Virus record (IMG/VR): IMGVR_UViG_3300035126_000982
Length of the DNA stretch: 64,000 nt
Source: an uncultured virus (IMG/VR IMGVR_UViG_3300035126_000982)
Taxonomy: Duplodnaviria > Heunggongvirae > Uroviricota > Caudoviricetes
Direction: 5' to 3' (one strand)
This document shows positions 16,131-26,006 of the stretch, piece by piece; within the stretch, counting starts at the first letter, position 1; every line of letters begins with the position of its first letter. A model generated the notes under the pieces. That model ran no database searches and was not told where the DNA came from. It worked only from the letters and a program-made list of their open reading frames with translations. The position numbers and the translations under genes were made by a program.

Positions 16131-17408
16131 TCAGTCGTTAAAATAATCAAGTGCAATATCAATTACACTATCTTCGGTCAATGATTCAAATAGATCAAGA
16201 GCTTCTAGTACATCAGAAGCATAACCTTCTGAAATCATGTCCTCAAGAATATAATCAACTAGAGTGTTATAATCTTGCTCGGATAGTTGAGATGCAAACT
16301 TGGCAAGACGCTCTTTATAACCAGTCTTGGTTCTTTGGCTAGAAAGACGAGCCCCTGGACCAGAAAATCGAGTTCCCCTAGCAGTTGAACCTTCTGCGGC
16401 CTTGGCAATTTTCTTGGCGGCCTCTTGTTTACGAGCCGAAACTGTTCTTTGGACAGCAGGCTGGCCAGAGGTTTTTGCTGGAAGAGCAAGCATTGGTTTT
16501 GGCTTTGCAAATGCATCACCCACTTCTTTCTTGGCAGATGTAGTTCTTTCGGACTTACGAGACTCATAATCAGCCCGACTCATTTTGGGCTCATCTTTCT
16601 TACCCGCCTTTCTTTGAAGCGCAACACCTACTTTACGAACAGCCCGACCAACAGCCTGCCTTTTACTACCACCAGGCTCTGTGGTAGTGGTAACAGTGGT
16701 GCGACCAACCTTGGCGGTTCTAGTGGTTGCTGGAGCAGCGGATGCCGCTCTACCACTACCCTCAATTGCCTTTCCAGCACCATAGATGGCCTTACCACCA
16801 CGACGAAGAATCGATTTTAACATGGCCTTACCTTTTTCTACTACTTTACCACCCATAGCCTTAGTGGCACGGCCTAGACCACCAGCAGAACCTGAGATAG
16901 ACTGTTTTACAGAAGAAATAGGACCACTGAGTTTGGATTTAACCTTAGAAATAGCATTACCAACTCGTGCGGCGCGAGCTGACATTCTTTGCTTTGATTC
17001 TGCATCCAGGCCAGCCGCAACCGCCTTACCAGACTTTCTGGCTAGTTTTTTAGCAGCAGATTGTTGGGCCATAATATCACCACGACCAGAAGTCACTCTA
17101 TCCTGAGCAGAGCCAGCATATTGAGAACGCTGGGATCCTTTGGTAACAGTTGCCTCGGTGAGAATATCTTCAATAAGCTCATCGTAAGACTCACAAATTA
17201 CCTCATCGGTCGAGGCAAATGAGAGCATTTCAAATGATTCGTCTAAGGTATTACCATAATCACGGAATTCCCAAACGAGTTCTTCGACTACTTGTTCAAT
17301 ATCTCCATCTTGCATGTAATCAACAAATCGAAGATTATCAAACAGATCTTCGACCTTTCGGTGATCGTAGATTTCCGAATAGGCTTCTGTTAGACTATAA
17401 AGTGACAT
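16131..17408 (-). CDS. Putative head-internal/virion protein
   Basis: Acidic ends with EGY and LxE motifs around a basic Ala/Lys/Gly-rich core; late promoter upstream. Confidence 0.6.
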   Translation of the reverse strand: MSLYSLTEAYSEIYDHRKVEDLFDNLRFVDYMQDGDIEQVVEELVWEFRDYGNTLDESFEMLSFASTDEVICESYDELIEDILTEATVTKGSQRSQYAGSAQDRVTSGRGDIMAQQSAAKKLARKSGKAVAAGLDAESKQRMSARAARVGNAISKVKSKLSGPISSVKQSISGSAGGLGRATKAMGGKVVEKGKAMLKSILRRGGKAIYGAGKAIEGSGRAASAAPATTRTAKVGRTTVTTTTEPGGSKRQAVGRAVRKVGVALQRKAGKKDEPKMSRADYESRKSERTTSAKKEVGDAFAKPKPMLALPAKTSGQPAVQRTVSARKQEAAKKIAKAAEGSTARGTRFSGPGARLSSQRTKTGYKERLAKFASQLSEQDYNTLVDYILEDMISEGYASDVLEALDLFESLTEDSVIDIALDYFND

Positions 17409-17468
17409 ATTTTTTAGAAATAGGTTTTCTTTTAGTATTTAGTAAAAAAACCCTTAAAGGGGCCGGGG

Positions 17469-17564
17469 TTATTTAATTCTTATTCGTTTTGATTTATCTA
17501 TTCCTCTATTTCTCTGATATAAAGTAATTTTATATGTATAAATTCTCGGATTTAATTTAGTCAT
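17469..17564 (-). pseudogene. Internally deleted endonuclease (31-aa mini-ORF)
   Basis: MTKLNPRIYTYKITL fused to YQRNRGIDKSKRIRIK; the tail resembles the end of the HNH at 42779 (YQKKRGIDTSNRIKII). Confidence 0.7.
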
Positions 17565-17570
17565 TTATAT

Positions 17571-17668
17571 TCTGTTAGTACGACATTAATATTTATAAAA
17601 AAAGGTGCTCATATGAGCACCTAATCCTGTCTGTGGAGTATTGTCGTACTAACAGACTAATATATTTA
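17571..17668 (-). promoter_or_regulatory. Late promoter-antisense sRNA-terminator-late promoter cassette (copy C)
   Basis: GTCTG/CAGAC stem; 17642-17656 complementary to 17571-17585; hairpin 17603-17622 with T-run; TATAAATA 17590-17597. Confidence 0.75.
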
Positions 17669-17669
17669 G

Positions 17670-18818
17670 TCAAAGTTTGAAGTTGGCGAAACTATCTGGT
17701 TTAATGTCCTGATTAAGACCCCCTACTAGATAAGAAGTAATCTGAACCTCTTGAGGTGCAACCTGCACCCCCTTTGAACTGAGCCAGTTATCCGTCCATG
17801 GAAGAGGATTATTATTGGCCGGAATATCATAAAGAGGTTTAAAACCAATAGCCTTCATACGTCTATTACAAACCCACTCAACATATTGACAAAGAAGAGC
17901 GGAGTTTAACCCTATAAGTGAGCCGTCTTTAAAAATATATTCGGCCCATCTTTTTTCTTGATTAACTGCTTCTTCAAATGTCTTATAAACCCATTGCTCT
18001 TCTTCTTTTGCAATTTTAATCATATCAGGATCGTCGCCTGATTTCCATTTTGAAAGAATATTTTGAGTTATATTTAAATGAACGGCTTCATCGCGGCTAA
18101 TTAGCGAAATAATCTTCGCACTTCCTTCCATTAACTTCAGCTCACCAAAGGCAAAAGAACAAGCAAAGGAAACATAAAAGCGAATTCCTTCTAGGATATT
18201 CACTGCCATTATGGCTCGATAAAGTTTTCTCTTTACCTCATAAAGCTCATTTTTACCTAAATCTACACCCTCATTATTAAATTGCCAAAGATTTGAAGAA
18301 GAGTATTGTTGAGCATGTTGAATATATTCATCGTAATTATCAGTAATACTCTTGGCTCTCTCTAAAATTCTCTCATCTCCAATAATAGTATCAAATATTT
18401 CGGATGGATTAGCATAGATATTTTTTATAATATAAGTATATGATCGACTATGGATCATTTCCATGAATCCCCAGGCTTCTATACATGATTCAAGTTCTGG
18501 TAAAGAACAATATGGCAGAAAAGCAATTGAAGTTCCTCGACCCTGAACAGAATCAAGCATAATCTGATACTTTAAATTAGAAGTATAAATGTGTTTTTGC
18601 TCTGAGCGAAGAGTCTGATAATCTGCCCTATCTTTTTGAAGATTTATTTCTTCTGGACGCCAGAAGAAACTGAGCTGCTGTTGTGTGAGTTTTTCAAAAA
18701 TTGGGTATTTATACTCATCATATCGTTGGATCCCCAATGGAGCACTAAAAAACATTTTTTGCTTTTTAGTGTTAATTTCTTCTGTATTAAAAACTGTCAT
18801 TCCTTTTACTTTAGACAT
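17670..18818 (-). CDS. nrdB: Ribonucleotide reductase class Ia beta subunit
   Basis: FFWRPEE, LDSVQG, EMIHSRSY, LEGIRFYVSF, RDEAVH. Confidence 0.95.
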   Translation of the reverse strand: MSKVKGMTVFNTEEINTKKQKMFFSAPLGIQRYDEYKYPIFEKLTQQQLSFFWRPEEINLQKDRADYQTLRSEQKHIYTSNLKYQIMLDSVQGRGTSIAFLPYCSLPELESCIEAWGFMEMIHSRSYTYIIKNIYANPSEIFDTIIGDERILERAKSITDNYDEYIQHAQQYSSSNLWQFNNEGVDLGKNELYEVKRKLYRAIMAVNILEGIRFYVSFACSFAFGELKLMEGSAKIISLISRDEAVHLNITQNILSKWKSGDDPDMIKIAKEEEQWVYKTFEEAVNQEKRWAEYIFKDGSLIGLNSALLCQYVEWVCNRRMKAIGFKPLYDIPANNNPLPWTDNWLSSKGVQVAPQEVQITSYLVGGLNQDIKPDSFANFKL

Positions 18819-18830
18819 AAATTTCCTAGA

Positions 18831-19922
18831 TTAAACGTTACATGCGATACATTCTTCTTCTGATGATAAGATTTCGGAAATTAAATCATTATTTTTAATT
18901 TCTTCGGCAGAAACATCATCAGTTTTGCCGTCATATGTGTTATGATAATATGCAGTCTTTGCACCATATTTGTATAGTGAAAGAACGTCATTGACTATAA
19001 CACTGATTGGCACTTCATTATTTGGATAATTCTGGGGATTATAGCTACCATTTACACTAATTCCCTGGTCAAAGAACTTTTGCATAACAGAAACACAATT
19101 AATATATCCTTCATTTGAAGGCATGTCCCAAAGAAGTGTATAATTGTTCTTTAGTTTATTATACTGGGGTACAATTTGTTTGAGAGTTCCCTTTTTAGAT
19201 TGTTTAATGGAAAGATAATCTCTAGGAGGTTCTACTCCGTTTGTTGCATTACACGAAACTGAGGATGATTCCGTTGGGGGTTGAGCCGAGAGTGTGGTAT
19301 GGCGAAGACCATATTCTAAAATATCCTGACGAAGTTGTTCCCAGTCATGAGTGTATTCTACATTACAAATTTCATCAACTTCTTTCTTATAAGTATCAAT
19401 TGGAAGAATTCCATCAGAATACTTAGTGTGTTTAAAGTTGTCACATGCACCCTTTTCTTTTGCTAGATTATTGGATGATTTTAGAAGATAATACTGAAAA
19501 CTTTCAGTTAGTTTATGGACAGCTCCCCATGCACCAGGATCAGAATATTTAAATCCTAGTTTAGCAAGATAATGAGCCAGACCAATATAACCAATGCCTA
19601 AAGATCGACTAGCCTTGGTTGTTAGTTCGGCAGCCTTAACAGGATAATCCTGGTGATCAATTAGCTCATCTAAAAATCTAACGGAAAGATCACAACATTC
19701 TTCAAGTTCTTTATCAGACTTAATTGTACCTACATTAACACAAGAGAGAATACACAGAGCAATAGAGCCGTTTACATCATCAATATGTTGAATGGGAGTA
19801 GTTTTGAGTAAAATTTCCATACAGTTATGAACAAGAATATCATTAGCATAGAAATTATGCGTGTCCTCGACTGTAATATCATAAACTGGAATTTCTTCTG
19901 TCAAATGTTCAATTTTTAGCAT
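18831..19922 (-). CDS. nrdA: NrdA C-terminal part preceded by split-intein C fragment (33 aa, 19824-19922)
   Basis: VYDITV..HNFYANDILVHN|CMEI, then PTESSS, DQGIS, KTAYY, C-terminal CxxC. Confidence 0.92.
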   Translation of the reverse strand: MLKIEHLTEEIPVYDITVEDTHNFYANDILVHNCMEILLKTTPIQHIDDVNGSIALCILSCVNVGTIKSDKELEECCDLSVRFLDELIDHQDYPVKAAELTTKASRSLGIGYIGLAHYLAKLGFKYSDPGAWGAVHKLTESFQYYLLKSSNNLAKEKGACDNFKHTKYSDGILPIDTYKKEVDEICNVEYTHDWEQLRQDILEYGLRHTTLSAQPPTESSSVSCNATNGVEPPRDYLSIKQSKKGTLKQIVPQYNKLKNNYTLLWDMPSNEGYINCVSVMQKFFDQGISVNGSYNPQNYPNNEVPISVIVNDVLSLYKYGAKTAYYHNTYDGKTDDVSAEEIKNNDLISEILSSEEECIACNV

Positions 19923-20613
19923 TTTCGTTTCTCCTTTTTTGCCACATAATAGTTAAATTTACAGATGCCTTTTCGGCTAAAATTTTTCTTTGAGCTTCAT
20001 CCCTGTAATATGGATTATAAACTAATCCACTTTTTTCTTCTAAAATTTTAGTATAATTACTGTATTTTGCATTAAATCTATTTTTAGAAAAAGTTTTAGG
20101 GAAATTTAAATTTAATTCATTTTTTGCAAATCGAATGATTCTATTTCTTCCAGGTATAAATCCATATTTTTTTATAAATTTTAAACCTATTTCTACCAGA
20201 TCTTCATCTGTTAGACCACTCCAATTAGGATTAGAATAACCATGAGCCCTTACTCTACAACTTTCTAACCACTGTTCTTGAACTTCTGGAGAACATCTTG
20301 GTAGCATCCAGCCCCCAGTTCCACCAGAAGTAGCATTATATCCTTTTTTAGTATCACTTTCAAAGAGTTTAATGAAATGGGTTTCCTTTTCATTAATAAA
20401 ATTTTCATCTTCTGTTTGATAAGTTTCAATGATCATTAAATCCCAACAATCTTGACCATATTTTCTAATAGCCGAATGAAATCTAAATTTGGATCCATTT
20501 CTTGCTGATGATAAGTGACGATTCCAACGATGTTCTAAAGGATATTCAGTTTTTCCGATGTAGGGTTTTCCGTTTTTCTTGTTTGTAATTTTGTAGATAA
20601 TGTATGTTTTCAT
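19909..20613 (-). CDS. Free-standing GIY-YIG homing endonuclease between split-intein halves
   Basis: IIYKITN..YIGKT..R..H, GYN.TSGG. Confidence 0.88.
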   Translation of the reverse strand: MKTYIIYKITNKKNGKPYIGKTEYPLEHRWNRHLSSARNGSKFRFHSAIRKYGQDCWDLMIIETYQTEDENFINEKETHFIKLFESDTKKGYNATSGGTGGWMLPRCSPEVQEQWLESCRVRAHGYSNPNWSGLTDEDLVEIGLKFIKKYGFIPGRNRIIRFAKNELNLNFPKTFSKNRFNAKYSNYTKILEEKSGLVYNPYYRDEAQRKILAEKASVNLTIMWQKRRNENAKN

Positions 20614-20618
20614 TTTAA

Positions 20619-20663
20619 GAAGTGCAACTTCTTAACTATTTAGGAAAACAGAAGTTACACTTC
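20619..20663 (-). promoter_or_regulatory. Hairpin with a late promoter in its loop, upstream of endonuclease
   Basis: 14-nt arms (13/14 complementary) with CTAAATA in the loop. Confidence 0.7.
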
Positions 20664-20670
20664 CTATAAT

Positions 20671-21879
20671 TTAATTGATCATCAATTCATCAGTTTCAAC
20701 TAAATTTTTTGCCATTACATATCCACGATTTTTTGTGAATACTCTATGATCTGGTGTAACTACAATACTCTTACCACTTTCTTCATCAGTAATTTTAATT
20801 ACTTTCGCCTGTGGGGAAGTTTCTGCAAAAGCAGTAATCGGTTTCCACTCTTGGTGATTAATTCCTGTATTATAAGAAAGAACCTCTATTTGAGGGACAT
20901 CATTAGAAGATCTCTTACATTGTTCAATATAAAAATCTCTGTCTTCAATATAAAATTCTAACTGTTCAATATCAATCACCGCCTCAAATATTTCCCAATT
21001 GCACCTTTTTTCATCGTGATTATAAGGTGCTTTCGGTTCTGGATATCTAATTTTGATTTTAGTATCACCAGCAACACAAAGGTTACTCATTGTAATCTGA
21101 TCCTTAAACGGACTATGAGAATTACAATGGTCAATATTCATAAGATAAATTCGACCAGTCTCTGCACGCTCTTTCAAGATATCAATAATAAGCTCTTGGG
21201 CCTTTACTTTTTTCTTTGGAATAGAAGGATCATTTTCATACTTTACATAAAGTTCATCAAATCCATCTAAACCAAATTTTTCATAAAGACCTGGAACATT
21301 GTGGGGTGAAAACAGAGTGATTTCTCCATCCTGAATAAATCGCTCATAAAAAATTTTACTCAGCTGAATAGCATAATCAAGGTTGCGAACACGATTATCT
21401 TCTGAGCCCTTATTATTTTTTAATACAATAATATCTTCAATTTCTTGGTGCCACACGGGAAAAAATACTGTGGATGAATTATGAGTTAAAGTAAATTTTC
21501 CATTTTTGCCGACAAAATAGTTGTGATATTTATCAACAGTAAAATCATAAAAAGTTTTATCACAATTGGATTTATAATTATGATCATTTAAAATGCCAAT
21601 ATAATCACCATAAACCCCTAATCCAAAAATGTTGTCGATTTCCCGTGAGTCCACCCATTTCTTATTAAGTCCATCATAAAAAGGATGAATACTAGAAGTA
21701 TAAACAACCTCCCCACCAATAAGAATTTCTTCCTGATATTCTTTTTTTATTGTCGGAGTAAATAAGTTTGTTACATTTCCAACACAAAATTTATCATCAA
21801 ATTCGTTATAACAATAGACTCTATCTCCAACGGAGACATCTGAAATTCTTTTCTTTGCCAGATTAATTTTAATTTCCAT
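20671..21879 (-). CDS. nrdA: NrdA middle part (133 aa) between intein C fragment (134 aa) and intein N fragment (135 aa)
   Basis: ..FTLTHN|SSTVFFPVWH..ERAETGRIY..MSNL|CVAGDT..VTPDHRV. Confidence 0.92.
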   Translation of the reverse strand: MEIKINLAKKRISDVSVGDRVYCYNEFDDKFCVGNVTNLFTPTIKKEYQEEILIGGEVVYTSSIHPFYDGLNKKWVDSREIDNIFGLGVYGDYIGILNDHNYKSNCDKTFYDFTVDKYHNYFVGKNGKFTLTHNSSTVFFPVWHQEIEDIIVLKNNKGSEDNRVRNLDYAIQLSKIFYERFIQDGEITLFSPHNVPGLYEKFGLDGFDELYVKYENDPSIPKKKVKAQELIIDILKERAETGRIYLMNIDHCNSHSPFKDQITMSNLCVAGDTKIKIRYPEPKAPYNHDEKRCNWEIFEAVIDIEQLEFYIEDRDFYIEQCKRSSNDVPQIEVLSYNTGINHQEWKPITAFAETSPQAKVIKITDEESGKSIVVTPDHRVFTKNRGYVMAKNLVETDELMIN

Positions 21880-22864
21880 TTTCGTACTTTTCTAATAAGG
21901 TTTCGAGTGTTATTGAGCAATTAGATCTTTTTTTTGAGTTTTCTGATTGAGAAACATATCTAAGATTATAAATAGATCCAATTATTTTTGGAGGGACATC
22001 GTTATAAAACCCCCAAAAAACGCTATACATATGATCTAGAGTTTGACTTTTATCAGTTTTGACAAAAGTATCTTTATACAATCTTAGAGTTTTTTTTGTT
22101 TCGCGTTGAACCTCCTTTTTATAAACGAAAAAAGCATATTCATCACCAATTTCGACACTCTTTTTATTTTGAATATTAGTTTTTTTGGTTTTTTCAAGTA
22201 TAGATTCTTGTATATCAAGAGCCTCAAATTTATCGCACCCATATCGTTTCATTATGGCACTTATAGAATTGTTATCTTGATATTCAGAAACTTTTAATTT
22301 TGCTTCTTCTTCGGTATAACCAATTCTAATCCAATAATATATGCTTCTTGGGCTACTTTCTTTTGAAAATTTTGATACTAATTTTTTTGCATCCTCTAAT
22401 GAGTGACCCCTATTTAACCAATAATCCACTGTTCTAGGAGAACAACTTCTCCTTCTTTGACAACAATATTCATATGCCTCATCATAACTACAATTTAATT
22501 TTTGTTGAACATTTTTAATCTCAACATCAAATCTATTTTGAAGATTTTCTTTTCTTTTATTAAACTTAGCTAGACCCTCCTCCTCTCCGTACTTCTCAAT
22601 ATAAATTTCCAAATCTAAAGGCTTAGATTGAAATTCCCTAACCTTTATTATGGCTTCTTCTTCGCTAAATCCTCGGGTCATCCAATACTCTTTTGCATTG
22701 GGTCTATTATGTTTTTCTTTAAATGGTACATTTTTATCCAAAAATTCCCTGTAAAGTTTCTGAGCTTCCTCTTGATTTCCATTGGTTTTTTTAAGATAAA
22801 AGTAGATACTAAAAGGAGATCTACTTTTTCTAATCGTTTCTTCGTTCCAAATTAAGTCTTCCAT
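21869..22864 (-). CDS. Free-standing putative homing endonuclease (YWxxxGxxxEEA repeats, C-terminal HNH-like)
   Basis: Three repeats; LDHMYS..NLRYV...ENSKK. Confidence 0.75.
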   Translation of the reverse strand: MEDLIWNEETIRKSRSPFSIYFYLKKTNGNQEEAQKLYREFLDKNVPFKEKHNRPNAKEYWMTRGFSEEEAIIKVREFQSKPLDLEIYIEKYGEEEGLAKFNKRKENLQNRFDVEIKNVQQKLNCSYDEAYEYCCQRRRSCSPRTVDYWLNRGHSLEDAKKLVSKFSKESSPRSIYYWIRIGYTEEEAKLKVSEYQDNNSISAIMKRYGCDKFEALDIQESILEKTKKTNIQNKKSVEIGDEYAFFVYKKEVQRETKKTLRLYKDTFVKTDKSQTLDHMYSVFWGFYNDVPPKIIGSIYNLRYVSQSENSKKRSNCSITLETLLEKYENGN

Positions 22865-22867
22865 TTT

Positions 22868-23920
22868 TTACTCCAATAACATAACGGTTTTATTTCCGTT
22901 ATGACTATTTATAATTTCAGACACTTTAACCCCATCAATTTCATCATCGAGTGTATAAATTTTACCATCAATTTCTACACTATCAATTAATAAAACTTCA
23001 GAATCAGAATCAAAACAACCCCCGCGAATTCCATTTTGCGTACAACTTTTTACAGTGGCCTCAAACTTTTTCAGATAAGGAATAACTCCAGTGTGGACAA
23101 CTTCACCGCCACGAATTTTACTGTTTATCCCCCTAATACGCCCAGCATTAATACCTAGACCGGCTCGCTGTGCAACATATCTAAAAACCGCAGCGTCACT
23201 AGCCTCGATACTAGAAAGACTATCTCCTACATCAACAAGAACACAACTACTATATTGCCTTAGTCTGGTTCGGACTCCTGCAAGAATTGGTGTAGGAATA
23301 TTAATTTTATGCTTACTGATTGCATCATAATAACGCTTCACATAAGACATTCTTTTGTCTTTAGGGTATTTTGCAAAGCCCGTAAGAGCAATTAATAAGT
23401 ACATAAACTGAGGAGTCTCATAAAGAACATTATCCACTCGGTCTTGCACAAGATACTTATCAACTACCTGCCGAAGGCCAGCATAAGTAAACAAAAGATC
23501 CCGGTCATGGTCAATAAAAGAATTGACCAGATCTAGTTCTTCTTCAGAATAGTTCTCATAAATGGAGGCATCATAAACACCAAGGTCTACACACTTTTTA
23601 ATGTGCTCACTCAGATGAGGTAGATCAATTCGACCACCATAGATCTTCTTCCGAATTGAAAACAGAAGAAGTCTTGCGGCCACGTATTGATAATTAGGAT
23701 TATCCAGAGAAATAAGATCAGATGCGGCCTTGATCAAGATTTCTTGAATTTCATTGGTTGAAATACCATCATAAAATTGAATCCCAGATGCCATTTCTAC
23801 CTGAGATACTGAAACTCCAGAAAGGCCCTCACAGGCGCAGGCGACCATTTCATGGAGTTTAGAAAGTTGCAATGGCTCAATAGTGCCATTGCGTTTTTTG
23901 ACTTTGATTTCTTCGCTCAT
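22868..23920 (-). CDS. nrdA: NrdA N-terminal part (ATP cone) with short 49-aa intein N fragment (22871-23017)
   Basis: VKKRNG, YETPQF, PTPILAG, SSCVL, QNGIRGG|CFDSDSEV. Confidence 0.92.
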   Translation of the reverse strand: MSEEIKVKKRNGTIEPLQLSKLHEMVACACEGLSGVSVSQVEMASGIQFYDGISTNEIQEILIKAASDLISLDNPNYQYVAARLLLFSIRKKIYGGRIDLPHLSEHIKKCVDLGVYDASIYENYSEEELDLVNSFIDHDRDLLFTYAGLRQVVDKYLVQDRVDNVLYETPQFMYLLIALTGFAKYPKDKRMSYVKRYYDAISKHKINIPTPILAGVRTRLRQYSSCVLVDVGDSLSSIEASDAAVFRYVAQRAGLGINAGRIRGINSKIRGGEVVHTGVIPYLKKFEATVKSCTQNGIRGGCFDSDSEVLLIDSVEIDGKIYTLDDEIDGVKVSEIINSHNGNKTVMLLE

Positions 23921-24878
23921 TTTTCTTCCAATAGTTGAATTTAAGTTGTGCTTCTAGGTCTTTGTAAATATTTTTGGACAAAACGTCCTCAACATCAATT
24001 CCCGCAAGAACTGCATCATTAACGTCTTTTTGTTTTATTGTATCTGGCCATATGACTATTGAATAACCCTCTTTGATTACCTTTGACATTCTAGAATGTA
24101 TTTCTTGGTTGCGAGGTTCGTTGTCATAAACATATACCGGGTAATAGATATTTAGACTTTTTAGATCTAAATCGGCCCCGCACATGGCGACCGAATTTTT
24201 AATAAAGTAAGAATCAAAAGGTCCTTCTAGGACATAAACAAATTCTTTTTTATTAACATTATCATAATTATAAATCTTCGGAGAATGCTCATCAAACATG
24301 ATTGTGATGTATTTTACCGAAGAAGAATTAAGGGCTCGGCCTTGTACTCCTATTAATTTCTTATTATAGTACAAAGGTATTACTATTCTAGGCTCTTCTA
24401 AAAGATTTGGCTCATAAGTAATTTCATTGATCCATTGTTTGAAGTTTTCGGTATAATAAAACTTATCCGGATCAATTTTTCTTTTTAAGAGATATTGTCT
24501 TGCAACATCATTTTTAGATGCAGCCGGAAGCCCAACTCTTTCTCTAAAATTTGGTTTTGATATTTCAAATTTAGGAGCCTCAACAACAAAATTCTTTCCA
24601 GTAAAGCCAGCCTTATATTTTTCAATTGTAAACTCTTTATAAAGAGGTGGGTCTATTTCTTTTAAAAAGTTATTAAGAGAAATACTGATTCCGCAGTTAT
24701 GGCACTTATAATTCGTGTTATTATCTACCGGATAGAGATATCCTCTGGCCTTTTTTTTAGATCTAGAAGAGTCGCCACAATAGGGACATCGAAAATTATA
24801 AAGTTTAGGTTTTACTTTCTTGAAGTTTTGTAGTCTAGGTGCAACACGTTCAATAAAGGTTTCATCAATAAAATCCAA
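23877..24878 (-). CDS. gp61: DNA primase (T4 gp61-like)
   Basis: RCPYCGDS..CHNC, EGPFDS, DNEPRN, KDVND. Confidence 0.92.
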   Translation of the reverse strand: MDFIDETFIERVAPRLQNFKKVKPKLYNFRCPYCGDSSRSKKKARGYLYPVDNNTNYKCHNCGISISLNNFLKEIDPPLYKEFTIEKYKAGFTGKNFVVEAPKFEISKPNFRERVGLPAASKNDVARQYLLKRKIDPDKFYYTENFKQWINEITYEPNLLEEPRIVIPLYYNKKLIGVQGRALNSSSVKYITIMFDEHSPKIYNYDNVNKKEFVYVLEGPFDSYFIKNSVAMCGADLDLKSLNIYYPVYVYDNEPRNQEIHSRMSKVIKEGYSIVIWPDTIKQKDVNDAVLAGIDVEDVLSKNIYKDLEAQLKFNYWKKNERRNQSQKTQWHY

Positions 24879-24884
24879 TTCACA

Positions 24885-25340
24885 TCACTTCTGGACTGGG
24901 GCCATTGTAGCATGAGGAACAGGAGTTGTCAAGTGCTGTGGATGTGCCAGGATCTTAACAAAGAACCCAGAGTTCTGAATGACAAATCCAAGAAATGTAC
25001 CGATGCCTAGAACCACAGCGATTTTTAGATTAATTTTATTTTGACCTTTTTCTACATCAGTTAGACGCTTATCAATATTAGTACTTAGTGTCTTTATTTC
25101 AGTAAGAACATTTTTATGATCTTCCTGCATTTGTGTATAGATTGTGTCTATTTTTTCATTAAGACTCTTTTCGGCTCTTTCTCTAGTGTCAATTTTTTCT
25201 TCATGAACCGCAATCATTTTTGTCAGGCTGACATTTACCTGGCTTATTTTTTCGATTGCTTCATCAACCTTAAGAACAAATTCTTTAAGGTCTTGAACTC
25301 GTTGCTCTAGAACAGCAACTTTGATTAAATCTTCTGACAT
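24885..25340 (-). CDS. Coiled-coil protein with C-terminal hydrophobic segment
   Basis: Heptad-rich region followed by IAVVLGIGTFLGFVI. Confidence 0.65.
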   Translation of the reverse strand: MSEDLIKVAVLEQRVQDLKEFVLKVDEAIEKISQVNVSLTKMIAVHEEKIDTRERAEKSLNEKIDTIYTQMQEDHKNVLTEIKTLSTNIDKRLTDVEKGQNKINLKIAVVLGIGTFLGFVIQNSGFFVKILAHPQHLTTPVPHATMAPVQK

Positions 25341-25395
25341 GGGCTTTAAGTGAGAATGGTTGTATTTTCACCTAAAACATTAAGATTATAACTAT

Positions 25396-25623
25396 TTATG
25401 CAAGTCCTAATGACTGGAGAAGCATCTTATACTTCTTAATAAACGGATTTCTCTTGTCTAATTTGCCACTTTTATTTCTTCTTAGACCAAACATTGGCTG
25501 TGAATATCCCGCAGTCGGTCCTTCTTTAGGTGAATTTTCCCCGAAACCACCAGACTGACCAGGGGCATTTGCCACTGTCATTTCCTCTCTTACCATCTGA
25601 ATGATTTCGTCAATTTTTTTCAT
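25396..25623 (-). CDS. Hypothetical protein
   Basis: Probable start MKKIDEIIQMVREE. Confidence 0.6.
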   Translation of the reverse strand: MKKIDEIIQMVREEMTVANAPGQSGGFGENSPKEGPTAGYSQPMFGLRRNKSGKLDKRNPFIKKYKMLLQSLGLA

Positions 25624-25996
25624 TTGAGAGATCCTTGAGTTTCTGCATACAATATTCATCCATCTCAATCTGATGAATATAACAAATAGGATATTCGGGA
25701 AGACGATTCAAAAAAACAATAAAAGTTTTAATTAAACTCCAAAGCTCTTGGGGCATTTTAAAGAAGAGCATTGGGGTTGCTGCATCACCAAAAATATTAT
25801 AGATAATAATCAAATGCTTTAATAAAAGATTAATTTTTAATTCCCCAGAAGTGACATATTTGTTTAGATGTCTTTTGACATATCTAAAATGAGTCAGATC
25901 TTTATAAAAATCCTTTTCGGTTAGCCCTTGTGGGTTATTATAATTTTTTATTGCAAAGAGAAGAAAATTATCTTCGTTCAGTTCATCAAAAAACAT
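25610..25996 (-). CDS. Conserved T4-like hypothetical protein
   Basis: FDELNEDNFLLFAIKNYNNPQ..MLFFK. Confidence 0.7.
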   Translation of the reverse strand: MFFDELNEDNFLLFAIKNYNNPQGLTEKDFYKDLTHFRYVKRHLNKYVTSGELKINLLLKHLIIIYNIFGDAATPMLFFKMPQELWSLIKTFIVFLNRLPEYPICYIHQIEMDEYCMQKLKDLSNEKN

Positions 25997-26006
25997 ATTA
26001 AATTAT

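Noticed and set aside
19909..22864. Group I introns as the explanation for the nrdA interruptions
   Set aside because: No room for ribozyme cores (ORFs abut or overlap) and clear intein motifs flank each break
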